From IMG/VR virus record IMGVR_UViG_3300032227_000069, positions 1-27,641 of that record: a DNA stretch of 27,641 bases; one strand, written 5' to 3'. Source of the stretch: a virus. Taxonomy: Duplodnaviria; Caudoviricetes. The position numbers were made by a program, and so were the translations under genes. The notes below the pieces were generated by a model. The model was not told the DNA's origin. It saw nothing but the letters and a program-made list of their open reading frames with translations, and made no database searches. Shown piece after piece: positions 1 through 8,067 of this stretch. The stretch's first letter is position 1. Each line of letters begins with the position of its first letter.

Positions 1-361
1 CGGAAATAAGTTCTCTTGTTCTTGGGCCAATAACTCCGTCAGGTACACATCCAATAGCTGATTGAAGCAATTTAACTGACCTACCTGGGCCTGCGTTAAC
101 CCCCATGGAAAATACAATAAAGTCGAGTCCCCGAGGTAATACTTCTGCATAGCAAGGTCTCCAGTATTTTTGTTCGTATAAAGGGGCTACAAGCTCTGGT
201 GTGATGTTTTTCATAGTGTCTACAGGGTGACCTACATATTCTTCCCAAACACGCTTAGTAACCCCTAAATTTGTTTCACCGCCTGGGTCGCTAAGATGAT
301 TTACCCAACCACCTTCAGACTTTAATACCAAGTCCAAACACTCTTTAAAATTACCTGTCAT
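1..361 (-). CDS. Endolysin, glycoside hydrolase family 108 with peptidoglycan-binding region (3' end truncated by window)
   Basis: Not in the ORF track; translated by hand from ATG at 361: MTGNFKECLDLVLKSEGGWVNHLSDPGGETNLGVT...YWRPC...LPRGLDFIVFSMGVNAGPGRSVKLLQSAIGCVPDGVIGPRT. It has the EGG(Y/W)...DPGGETNxGVT GH108 signature and a DGxIGPxT PG-binding motif, and an ATGA overlap with the upstream gene. Confidence 0.93.
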   Translation of the reverse strand, partial: MTGNFKECLDLVLKSEGGWVNHLSDPGGETNLGVTKRVWEEYVGHPVDTMKNITPELVAPLYEQKYWRPCYAEVLPRGLDFIVFSMGVNAGPGRSVKLLQSAIGCVPDGVIGPRTRELIS

Positions 362-726
362 TTTTTTAAATTAGCCATTATGCGAGTGCCAAACAAAAAG
401 CCAAAAGCAATGTTGGCAGCTTCTATACCTATTCTTTGGATTTCGGGGGCTACTGGCAAGAATAATGTGCTTATTCCTACAACAATGACAAACAATGCTC
501 CTAAATAGCGACTAGAGGCTCTTAGGTCAATTACCCATTGGCTAGGTACACCGTAGGGATTGTCTAGCTTTGCAATGGCTTCTAGCTTTGCTATTTCGTT
601 TTGGTCTAGCTTTATTTGGTCATCTACATTTAATGGTTTAACACCACCAGTAAACATTCCAATAAGGCTTTTAATGCCATCTATTCCTACGGGGACTAAT
701 GCGCCAATAATGGTTTCTAAAATCAT
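358..726 (-). CDS. Putative holin (3TM-holin-like membrane protein)
   Basis: 122 aa with hydrophobic N-terminal and C-terminal segments (YLGALFVIVVGISTLFLPV; AANIAFGFLFGTR) and a basic tail; translationally coupled to the endolysin. Confidence 0.65.
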   Translation of the reverse strand: MILETIIGALVPVGIDGIKSLIGMFTGGVKPLNVDDQIKLDQNEIAKLEAIAKLDNPYGVPSQWVIDLRASSRYLGALFVIVVGISTLFLPVAPEIQRIGIEAANIAFGFLFGTRIMANLKK

Positions 727-947
727 TTGTGGAATAACCAGCTACTTATGTAGGTAATAACACCGCCAGCAATAGAAGCTATTGTCATACCCATCCAAAA
801 ACCACCTTTTGACTTATTGGCTAACTCTAATAATTCTTTAATGTCCCTGTCCATAGAATCTACTTTGCTTTGTAGATTTTCGACTTGATTGACCAAGCCG
901 CCAAACTTAAACATGTCAAATTTCTCAAGGTCAGCCATATCGCACAC
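723..947 (-). CDS. Small coiled-coil protein with C-terminal transmembrane helix (lysis region, holin-like)
   Basis: Heptad-like LVNQVENLQSKVDSMDRDIKELLE followed by KGGFWMGMTIASIAGGVITYISSWLF; overlaps both neighbours. The start could be the Met three codons downstream. Confidence 0.7.
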   Translation of the reverse strand: MCDMADLEKFDMFKFGGLVNQVENLQSKVDSMDRDIKELLELANKSKGGFWMGMTIASIAGGVITYISSWLFHK

Positions 948-1141
948 TATTTTTTAGGTTTAGGAGTGCGAGTAGTCGCTTTTGCTATTTTAACAGTTTT
1001 CTTAGCTGTTTTTTTAGCTACAGGCTTTTCAAAGTCTGGCGCAACATACTCTTTTTGAGTAGCTGGAAAAGGCCAATTAGTGTCAACAGTAATCTTAGGC
1101 ATATAGCCTAGTTTGTCAAATACCCAAGTAACAAGAAACAT
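947..1141 (-). CDS. Hypothetical protein with Lys-rich C-terminal tail
   Basis: 64 aa, 1-nt overlaps with both neighbours; WPFP motif then KPVAKKTAKKTVKIAKATTRTPKPKK. Confidence 0.7.
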   Translation of the reverse strand: MFLVTWVFDKLGYMPKITVDTNWPFPATQKEYVAPDFEKPVAKKTAKKTVKIAKATTRTPKPKK

Positions 1142-1350
1142 TATGCCTCCACCTTTACTAATGACTCTTTAAGCATAGTTAAAAATGCTTGCTTGCCAAC
1201 TTGTAATTGGTCAAGGTTAAATTGTGAACCGCCAATTTTGCGGTCTAAGTCAATTAAATGATTTACCATAATCTGTTGCTCTGGTGTCATATCTTCCAAT
1301 GCGTACTCTACATCGTCAATAGTGACTTGGTTTTTCTTTATGTTTTCCAT
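1141..1350 (-). CDS. Hypothetical coiled-coil protein (69 aa, tail-fibre-associated)
   Basis: Start moved from 1431 to ATG at 1350 (MENIKKNQVTIDDVEY...), which is preceded by AAAGGAAATGAC and removes the overlap with the upstream gene. Confidence 0.8.
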   Translation of the reverse strand: MENIKKNQVTIDDVEYALEDMTPEQQIMVNHLIDLDRKIGGSQFNLDQLQVGKQAFLTMLKESLVKVEA

Positions 1351-1375
1351 GTCATTTCCTTTTGTGGTTAAAAAA

Positions 1376-1675
1376 CTATGCAGTAGCCCAAGGAAGTCCT
1401 GTTTCTTGAACAGGGTTCTTTTGTGCTGCAATTTGTGCAGTAAGATTAGCTTCTATTGTGTCTTTTCCTAATGAATTTTGTACCCAGCCAATAACTTGTT
1501 CTTTGGTTAAATTAGCATAAGGGGTGTAAGACTTATCTTCTTGTGTGTAACCTACTGTTCCATAGGTAGAAGCTGTATAGTCACCATCTACAGCATCTAC
1601 TGTGTAATGGACTGTAACTACAAAACCATCAGAAGTTAATCTGTCCATCTGCACTACATTCCATGTAAAGTTCAT
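1376..1675 (-). CDS. Conserved phage protein downstream of tail fibre (putative fibre accessory)
   Basis: 99 aa with DGFVVTVHY...PYANLTKEQVIGWV...GLPW, a pattern seen in small proteins that follow phage tail fibres; SD TAAGGA. Confidence 0.8.
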   Translation of the reverse strand: MNFTWNVVQMDRLTSDGFVVTVHYTVDAVDGDYTASTYGTVGYTQEDKSYTPYANLTKEQVIGWVQNSLGKDTIEANLTAQIAAQKNPVQETGLPWATA

Positions 1676-1684
1676 TTTTATTCC

Positions 1685-3031
1685 TTATTTAGATTCTAGT
1701 TGTGCTACACGCTTACGCAAAGATTGAATTTCTGCCCATAAAACAGGCACAAGTGAAGAAGCATCCATTTGTTGATAGACTGGGTTGCCATCTTTATCTA
1801 CTGCATCCTTTTCGCCTGTGTGTGCATAATCAGGAGTTTCGTGTGCAATAAACATTGGTCTTGCTTGTGTTGCGCCTTTCATCTTACCCATGTAAACAGG
1901 GACAGAATCAATTACTTCACCACTATCTAATACAGGGCTAATAATATCTTTAGCACGATAATCTGAAGTGACATTGTATGCAGTTAAACCAGCACCACGA
2001 TTATAAGTAATTGAACCTCTTGTAGTAAATGATGCTTCAGTTCCAAATAAAATAAAATTATTATCACCTGATGTTGCGTCATTCCAAGCAAATAAAGGAA
2101 CTTGTGCAGCTCCTGAAACCGCTTTAAAACTACTACTTCCAGCCACATTTAAATTGCCATCAAAAAATGCGCTAGTTGCAGTTGCGTTTATTAACAATCT
2201 ACCACTAGAGTCAATACGCATACGCTCTGTATTATTTGTGAACCAAGTATGCAAACCACCTGTTCCAGCCGTAAAAGAAAGCTGAGTATTATTTACAAAT
2301 CCAATTCCATAACTATTGCTTGTTTGGGAGGTGCTTGCTGCTCCATCATCATAAACACGAACTGCATTTGCATATCCATTATTACCAATAAATTGTGTTC
2401 CAAAAGACAATTTTACAGCAGGACTACTAGTACCAATGCCTACATTACCAGAGCTATCAATACGCATACTCTCAACACCACCTTCTGTGAAGGCAATAGT
2501 ATCGGCTGCTGGGAAGTAAATACCTGTGTTGGTATCACCTGTAGTGGTAATAGCTGGTAGTGATACTGTGCCAGCAGAGAATGTGGCTACACCGCTTGCA
2601 GATAAAGTTCCAGTAGAAGTTGCGCCAGTTGTGGTTAAACCTCCAGCAGTCAATGTAGTGCCATTAAATGTCATATTGGCAGAATCTGTTAGTAGACCGC
2701 CAGTAGTAGCATAAGTAACCCTAGTAGCAGTAAGACCTGTATCTGTAAGACTAGAAAATACACCTACACCACCAGCACCAATTAAAGCATCAGCATAGGC
2801 TTTAGTAACTGCATCTGTAGAAAGTGTAGGAGTACCAACATTTATAATTTTGCTAGTAGCCATATTCAAAGCACCAGACATAGGTGTCTGACCATCTGAT
2901 GCTACTGACTGAGTTAAGGCATCTGCTATGTTTTGCATAGTAGTATTAGCCCAACTACTTGTAATAGTTGTGCCTGTGACTACTGGGTTACCAGCAGGTA
3001 GGGTGTATGTACCGCTTCCGTTTCTACTCAT
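1685..3031 (-). CDS. Tail fibre / receptor-binding protein with C-terminal intramolecular chaperone (peptidase S74-like)
   Basis: N-terminal anchor MSRNGSGTYTLPAGNPVVTGTTI; two MRIDSSG repeats; TSDYRAK cleavage-type motif; C-terminal QQMDASSLVPVLWAEIQSLRKRVAQLE coiled coil. Confidence 0.9.
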   Translation of the reverse strand: MSRNGSGTYTLPAGNPVVTGTTITSSWANTTMQNIADALTQSVASDGQTPMSGALNMATSKIINVGTPTLSTDAVTKAYADALIGAGGVGVFSSLTDTGLTATRVTYATTGGLLTDSANMTFNGTTLTAGGLTTTGATSTGTLSASGVATFSAGTVSLPAITTTGDTNTGIYFPAADTIAFTEGGVESMRIDSSGNVGIGTSSPAVKLSFGTQFIGNNGYANAVRVYDDGAASTSQTSNSYGIGFVNNTQLSFTAGTGGLHTWFTNNTERMRIDSSGRLLINATATSAFFDGNLNVAGSSSFKAVSGAAQVPLFAWNDATSGDNNFILFGTEASFTTRGSITYNRGAGLTAYNVTSDYRAKDIISPVLDSGEVIDSVPVYMGKMKGATQARPMFIAHETPDYAHTGEKDAVDKDGNPVYQQMDASSLVPVLWAEIQSLRKRVAQLESK

Positions 3032-4442
3032 TTGTTGCTCCTTGTTTGCCTGCTCGCATTAATGCAGCTAATTTACTTATATCTGATTTTCTCATCTGAG
3101 TTGCACCTGCTCTTGCACCCATAGAAGCTGCTGCTAGTCCAAGACCTAATGGGGCATTTACAGCAGTTGTTAAGATTGATGGAATACTGCTTACAGAACT
3201 TGTAGGGGCAAATTTACCAATAAAGCGTAAGGCATTTTGTCCTGCTCCACCTTTAGCAGCTTTTTTAATGGCTTCTTGTTCTTCTTGGGTAAATAAACGC
3301 ATTTTCTTTTCATTTTTAGCTAACTGTCTAATCTGTTGAGCTAATGAATTTTCAATGCCTGACATACTAAATTTACTCTTGTCTAGCTGTGCATTTTCAA
3401 GCATATCGGTAAATACTTCGGATTTGCTTAGTTTTGAATATGCATCTCTAGCTTCTTTCCATTGTTTTAAGCCTTCTTTGTTACCGCCTACAACAGAAGA
3501 CTCAGGAATGTTAGAAACATAATTGTCAAAGTCATCTTTAAGAATGGTAGCAATTCGTCTTTCATCAGGGTCTACACTCTTTTGTGCTCCTTGAATAAAC
3601 TTACGCAAAGTGCTTAATTCATTGAAATCTTTAGGAATTCCAGCTTGAGTCATTTCGTCTAAAGCTACTGACAATTTAGGGTATAACCTAGGGTCATATC
3701 CTTCATTACGCAAATCTTTTTGAATTTGTTTCATGTTACTAGCAAAGTTTTCAGCATTTAATTCAACGCCTGATTCTCTTGCACTTGTAAACAAGTTTTT
3801 AGAAGTTTGAGCTAATTGTTCCGCACTTGGGGCTGTTTTTACTATTGAAGGTGGTCTACGCAAAGCTTGAGCCATATCAGCCATTGCTGGTTTAGCCATT
3901 TGACCAGCTTGTTGTGCCATTGGTTTAACCATTTGACTAGCTTGAGCCATTGAAGGAATCATACCAATATTACCCATATAAGGAGGTAATTTAGAAGCTC
4001 CTACAGCCTCACCTACAGCACCCATCATTTCGTTTCCAGCAGGTGTTTTAGGTTGATATTGCAATTTATTAGCTAACTCACCGCCAGCTTGTTGTGCTTC
4101 TTGAACGCCTTGTTGAGTACCCAAATTAGGGCTTGTTAAGCCTCTAGCAACGCCATAGGCAGCTCCAACAGGTTGAGCAATAGCACCACTAGCCATTGTG
4201 CCAGCAACCTCTCCTAGACCTTTTAATCTGTCCATCATAGAGCGTTGTGGCTCTACAGGAGCTACGCTGCCTCTATTTTGAGCAGTAATAACAGGTGGCA
4301 CATCACTAGAGATATTAGTACCCATAGTGCGTTTTGCTTGCGGAATAGGTAAGCTTTTTAAAGCTTGTCCTATAGCTTCCTGACTCATTCCATCAGGAAA
4401 CTCTACATCTCCAACGCCAATCACTTCAACTATTTGTGCCAT
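3024..4442 (-). CDS. Putative internal virion / DNA ejection protein
   Basis: 472 aa, Ala/Gly/Gln-rich and helical, N-terminal VEFPDGMS motif; podovirus ejection-gene position between hub/GNAT and tail fibre. Confidence 0.65.
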   Translation of the reverse strand: MAQIVEVIGVGDVEFPDGMSQEAIGQALKSLPIPQAKRTMGTNISSDVPPVITAQNRGSVAPVEPQRSMMDRLKGLGEVAGTMASGAIAQPVGAAYGVARGLTSPNLGTQQGVQEAQQAGGELANKLQYQPKTPAGNEMMGAVGEAVGASKLPPYMGNIGMIPSMAQASQMVKPMAQQAGQMAKPAMADMAQALRRPPSIVKTAPSAEQLAQTSKNLFTSARESGVELNAENFASNMKQIQKDLRNEGYDPRLYPKLSVALDEMTQAGIPKDFNELSTLRKFIQGAQKSVDPDERRIATILKDDFDNYVSNIPESSVVGGNKEGLKQWKEARDAYSKLSKSEVFTDMLENAQLDKSKFSMSGIENSLAQQIRQLAKNEKKMRLFTQEEQEAIKKAAKGGAGQNALRFIGKFAPTSSVSSIPSILTTAVNAPLGLGLAAASMGARAGATQMRKSDISKLAALMRAGKQGATNE

Positions 4443-5527
4443 TATTCAAATACCCCAGTCATAGGATTCCAGCGTAATTTGCCCTTTTTCATTTCTGCAG
4501 GAGCACCTACTGCTGCTTCTACATCTAATTTATTGCGTTCTGCAATACCGGCATATTCACCACGCTTTTGATTAAATTGTTCTGCAGAAGCGTTATAAAG
4601 TTTATTGCTTAAATCGACAAAATCTTTGCGTTGATTTGGTGTTAATTTTGTACCATCAATCACCATTTGAGCGTAATTTTTAACTTTATCTTCAACTCCT
4701 GTTGCAGCCATAGCCATTCCCAATTCAGATTCACGAACTACTGAACCGGGGTCTAAAATCTTCATAATTTTAGTAGCTGCAGCTAAGTCACCTGCTGGTG
4801 ATGCCATTTTTGCAGCTTGGTCAATTTGATTTTTAGCTGCTTTAGTTTCTTCAAAACCTTTATACACAGGCTCTGCTCTAAAATCACTACGCAATTTAAG
4901 AGCGTTATCAAAGCCATGCTGACCTGTATTAACGCTAATATTAGTGCCTTTAGATTGATTTAATTTAACTATTGTGGCGTTTACAGCTTGTAATTCTTGT
5001 GGGCTTAACTGGTCTAAAGGCTTGTTAATACCTAGCATTTGCATAGCTTGTTTAATTTCAGGAGCAGCTTTCATTCCTCCAGTAGCAATAGGATTGTATC
5101 CACCAATAGACAAATCGTAATCTAATATAGATTCACTTTCACCTACTTTTTGTGATTTTAATTTATCAAACATTGCAGCTTTTAATTGTGGAGGAGCGTA
5201 TTGACTTGTCCCTATAGCAAATTTTTCTTGAGGAGTTTTAGCTTGTGCATAGGCTTGCATAACTTCTGCTTGTTTGCCACGCAATGCTTCAGCTAATTTA
5301 GATTGTTGTGTATCAGCTCTTTCACCAATAGCTTGCCCTGCTAATATATTAGCCAATGGGTTAATTTGCTGACTCCAGCTAGGTGCTACATAGTAACCAC
5401 TAATCATTTGACCTTGTGGTTGTTGCATACCTTGAGCCATTAGCAAATCAGCTAATTTTCTTTGGCGGCTTACATCCTGCAATTCAGGGTTGTAGTCTAA
5501 TGCTTGTTGTTCAGGAGTTAGTGCCAT
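4442..5527 (-). CDS. Putative internal virion / DNA ejection protein
   Basis: 361 aa, Gln/Ala-rich, with KILDPGSVVRESE motif and C-terminal RWNPMTG; synteny. Confidence 0.65.
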   Translation of the reverse strand: MALTPEQQALDYNPELQDVSRQRKLADLLMAQGMQQPQGQMISGYYVAPSWSQQINPLANILAGQAIGERADTQQSKLAEALRGKQAEVMQAYAQAKTPQEKFAIGTSQYAPPQLKAAMFDKLKSQKVGESESILDYDLSIGGYNPIATGGMKAAPEIKQAMQMLGINKPLDQLSPQELQAVNATIVKLNQSKGTNISVNTGQHGFDNALKLRSDFRAEPVYKGFEETKAAKNQIDQAAKMASPAGDLAAATKIMKILDPGSVVRESELGMAMAATGVEDKVKNYAQMVIDGTKLTPNQRKDFVDLSNKLYNASAEQFNQKRGEYAGIAERNKLDVEAAVGAPAEMKKGKLRWNPMTGVFE

Positions 5528-6585
5528 TATGCTTTCCTTAATGCGTTTGCTAAGTTTGAACCCGATACATCATACATTCCAGGGGATGCCGCAGTTTGAC
5601 CTTGGGATGTAAACGAAAATGGGTTTTGGTTCATTTTGTATTGACCAAGAAAGTCATTAGTTTGAGTTTGAGGTCTTAAAAGATTAGCTAATTGATTTAA
5701 ATTTGCACCACCGCCTGTTGTGCCTGTAGCACCACCAGTAGAGGGGCTTACTAATTTAGCAATAGAGCTAGCAGTACCTAATCCTTGTCTTACTTGATTG
5801 GCTGTTTTTAATGCTTCGGATGCACTAGATAAAAAACTTGAACCAGCACCACTTCCTAAAGCTGTTGAAAGCTCAGTAGGTGTCATGCTTTGTAACTCGG
5901 TTAATGCTTGAATAGGGTCAGGTCTAGCATTAGCAAAATCAATCATTTGCTGAGTGGTTGGATTTGAATAAATCTCAGCACCAGAAAGTCCAGGAGTGTA
6001 AGTAGCTAATGGGTCTATTGCAAAATTGCTTCCTGCAAAATTAGAGCCTAGTATTTCAGAAGTTGTTAAAGCACCGCCAGCTTCTCCAGCAGCAGCACCA
6101 CCAGCTAAAGCACCTGTTCCAATAGCAGTACCAGCACCAGCAGCAAGAATGGACAAAGGAACAATCCAATCTTTAAAGCCTGACATTCCAACAGCGTTAC
6201 CGCTAGTTGCTCTGTTAGCAGCTTGCCATTGTTCTTGAATAGCTGGGTCTACATCCCACCAGCCTTTATTCATATTATTTACCCAATCAGGATTAGCTCC
6301 TGTTTGCATTTCTGTTTTTACTTGCCAATCAGATGGGTCATAATTTCTAGATAAATTGTAAGCTCGTCTATCTGCTTCGGTTGCATTTTCTTTTAATGTA
6401 GAAACTTCACGACCATATTTGTCTGTTTTAGTATCTAAAATTGACGATATGTCAAAATCAGGGTTTTTTACCCATTTTTCTTCAGGAGCTGTGTCTGCAC
6501 CACCGCCAATAGATGACCAAGTGTAGCCAGTAACCTCAGGAGGCTCTACATAAACTAGGTTTTCACCTCTAAACTCGTATGGCAT
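5527..6585 (-). CDS. Putative internal virion / DNA ejection protein
   Basis: 352 aa with a central hydrophobic Gly/Ala stretch (WIVPLSILAAGAGTAIGTGALAGG); synteny. Confidence 0.6.
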   Translation of the reverse strand: MPYEFRGENLVYVEPPEVTGYTWSSIGGGADTAPEEKWVKNPDFDISSILDTKTDKYGREVSTLKENATEADRRAYNLSRNYDPSDWQVKTEMQTGANPDWVNNMNKGWWDVDPAIQEQWQAANRATSGNAVGMSGFKDWIVPLSILAAGAGTAIGTGALAGGAAAGEAGGALTTSEILGSNFAGSNFAIDPLATYTPGLSGAEIYSNPTTQQMIDFANARPDPIQALTELQSMTPTELSTALGSGAGSSFLSSASEALKTANQVRQGLGTASSIAKLVSPSTGGATGTTGGGANLNQLANLLRPQTQTNDFLGQYKMNQNPFSFTSQGQTAASPGMYDVSGSNLANALRKA

Positions 6586-6594
6586 CGTTATTCC

Positions 6595-7665
6595 TTAAAA
6601 TATTCCAAGACCGCCATACAGTCTTTCTAAGTCGGCAGTAGATGTACCTGATAAATCGCCATAATTGCTACCATAAGCTCCAATAGTATTCATAAAGTCT
6701 TGTGAAGATGTGGCATTGTTTAATAAATTCATTCCATTATTGCCAAACAAATTAGATAAACCACTAGCAGCTTGTGAACCTAATCCTAATAATCCACCAA
6801 TGCCACCACTACCTAATAAAGCAGCAGAACCCAATCCATATAGACCAGCTTGTGTTCCAGCAGTTTTAGCATTAGCAGCGTTTTGTGCAGCAATAGCAGC
6901 AGCATTTCCTGTGGTGTAAGCACCAAGGTAATCAGGCCCTGCAACGGCAGCTTGACTGTATGGGTTTACATAGCCAGGTTGTGTTGCTTGCTGGAAAGCG
7001 CCTAATTGCTGTAATGGATTGTTATAAGCAGCATAATTTTGAGCGTAATTTTGTTGCAATGCAGCGTTGTTAGCTTGTTGCTGTGCAAGGCTTTGGTTTT
7101 GCATTTGATTTTGAACTTGTGAACCAGCTAATTGCGCTTGAGTTAACAAGTCATTAGTCTTTTGACCTTGCTGTGTCATAGCTCTGTTATAGGCTTCTGT
7201 GCCAGGCACAATGCCTTGATTAGCTAATTGAGCTTGCAATCTTTCTTGACTTTGCTCAATCTGTGGTTGAAGTCTTTGATTAATAAGACCAGTAGCCTTA
7301 TCCCAGCCTTCCATACCTGAATAACCTTGACCTGTTTGGGCTTGATAAGCACTTGTGTCAAAAGGATTGGCAGTAGTTTGAGCAAGACGATTTTGAATAT
7401 TACTTAAAGAAGATTGTAAAGGCTGTGCTAATTGTTGATTGGCTGTCCATGTAGGATTGCCGTTAGCATCTACGCCTTGTGTGTAATTTAGGCTTGCATA
7501 AGGAGTATTTTGGTTAATTCGGTTAGCAGCAGTAGCTTGTTGAGCGCCTGCCATATTCCCTAATGTAGTAGCTTGCGCAGCTTGCACATAAGGATTTGTT
7601 GACCCAGCATAAGGATTTGTCTGTCCTGTGCTTGCTCCGCTAGTAAAACTGCTTCCTGCTCCCAT
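6595..7665 (-). CDS. Putative DNA ejection (pilot) protein
   Basis: 356 aa, very Gln/Ala/Asn-rich, with NRINQNTPY and LANQGIVPGTEAY motifs and a C-terminal Gly-rich hydrophobic segment; directly follows the GNAT gene, as P22 gp7 follows gp14. Confidence 0.7.
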   Translation of the reverse strand: MGAGSSFTSGASTGQTNPYAGSTNPYVQAAQATTLGNMAGAQQATAANRINQNTPYASLNYTQGVDANGNPTWTANQQLAQPLQSSLSNIQNRLAQTTANPFDTSAYQAQTGQGYSGMEGWDKATGLINQRLQPQIEQSQERLQAQLANQGIVPGTEAYNRAMTQQGQKTNDLLTQAQLAGSQVQNQMQNQSLAQQQANNAALQQNYAQNYAAYNNPLQQLGAFQQATQPGYVNPYSQAAVAGPDYLGAYTTGNAAAIAAQNAANAKTAGTQAGLYGLGSAALLGSGGIGGLLGLGSQAASGLSNLFGNNGMNLLNNATSSQDFMNTIGAYGSNYGDLSGTSTADLERLYGGLGIF

Positions 7666-7674
7666 AACCTTCTC

Positions 7675-8067
7675 CTATGCCCATTTACAATATTCTGGGC
7701 GCATTTCTAAAATGACCAAATCCCCTTCATCATGTGCGTCAGGAATAGTGGCAACATCTTTGAAACCAAGGTGTCGGTCTAGTCTAAGGGCTTTTTTATT
7801 ATTCCCTGCGACTGTGCCAATTATAACCTTTAATTTCAAGGTGTTAAACGGATAATCAAAGACCTTTTTTAAAAAGTCCCTAGTCATCCAATGTTGCCCT
7901 ACCGAACTTACATGAATCATGCAAGATTTACCAAAAAATCCACAATATACAACTACAGCTTTAATATCGTTATTTATTACTTGACCTAAATAATGCGCAT
8001 CTTCTGGAGTGGGCATTTTATGTTTAATAGCCCAATCTTTAAGACTTTGCTGATTAAGTAATATCAA
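7675..8067 (-). CDS. GNAT-fold acetyltransferase-like virion assembly protein
   Basis: FDYPFNTLKLKVIIGTVAGNNKKALRLDRHLGFK matches the GNAT NxxAxxLxxxLGF motif; position equivalent to P22 gp14. Confidence 0.85.
   Translation of the reverse strand: MILLNQQSLKDWAIKHKMPTPEDAHYLGQVINNDIKAVVVYCGFFGKSCMIHVSSVGQHWMTRDFLKKVFDYPFNTLKLKVIIGTVAGNNKKALRLDRHLGFKDVATIPDAHDEGDLVILEMRPEYCKWA

Noticed and set aside
1351-1431. Longer 96-aa start for the ORF ending at 1141
   Set aside because: It overlaps the upstream gene by 56 nt; the ATG at 1350 has a good SD.
1685-3031. Diversity-generating retroelement targeting the tail fibre (as in BPP-1)
   Set aside because: No reverse transcriptase and no template/variable repeat pair seen; the fibre ends in a chaperone domain, not a C-type lectin fold.
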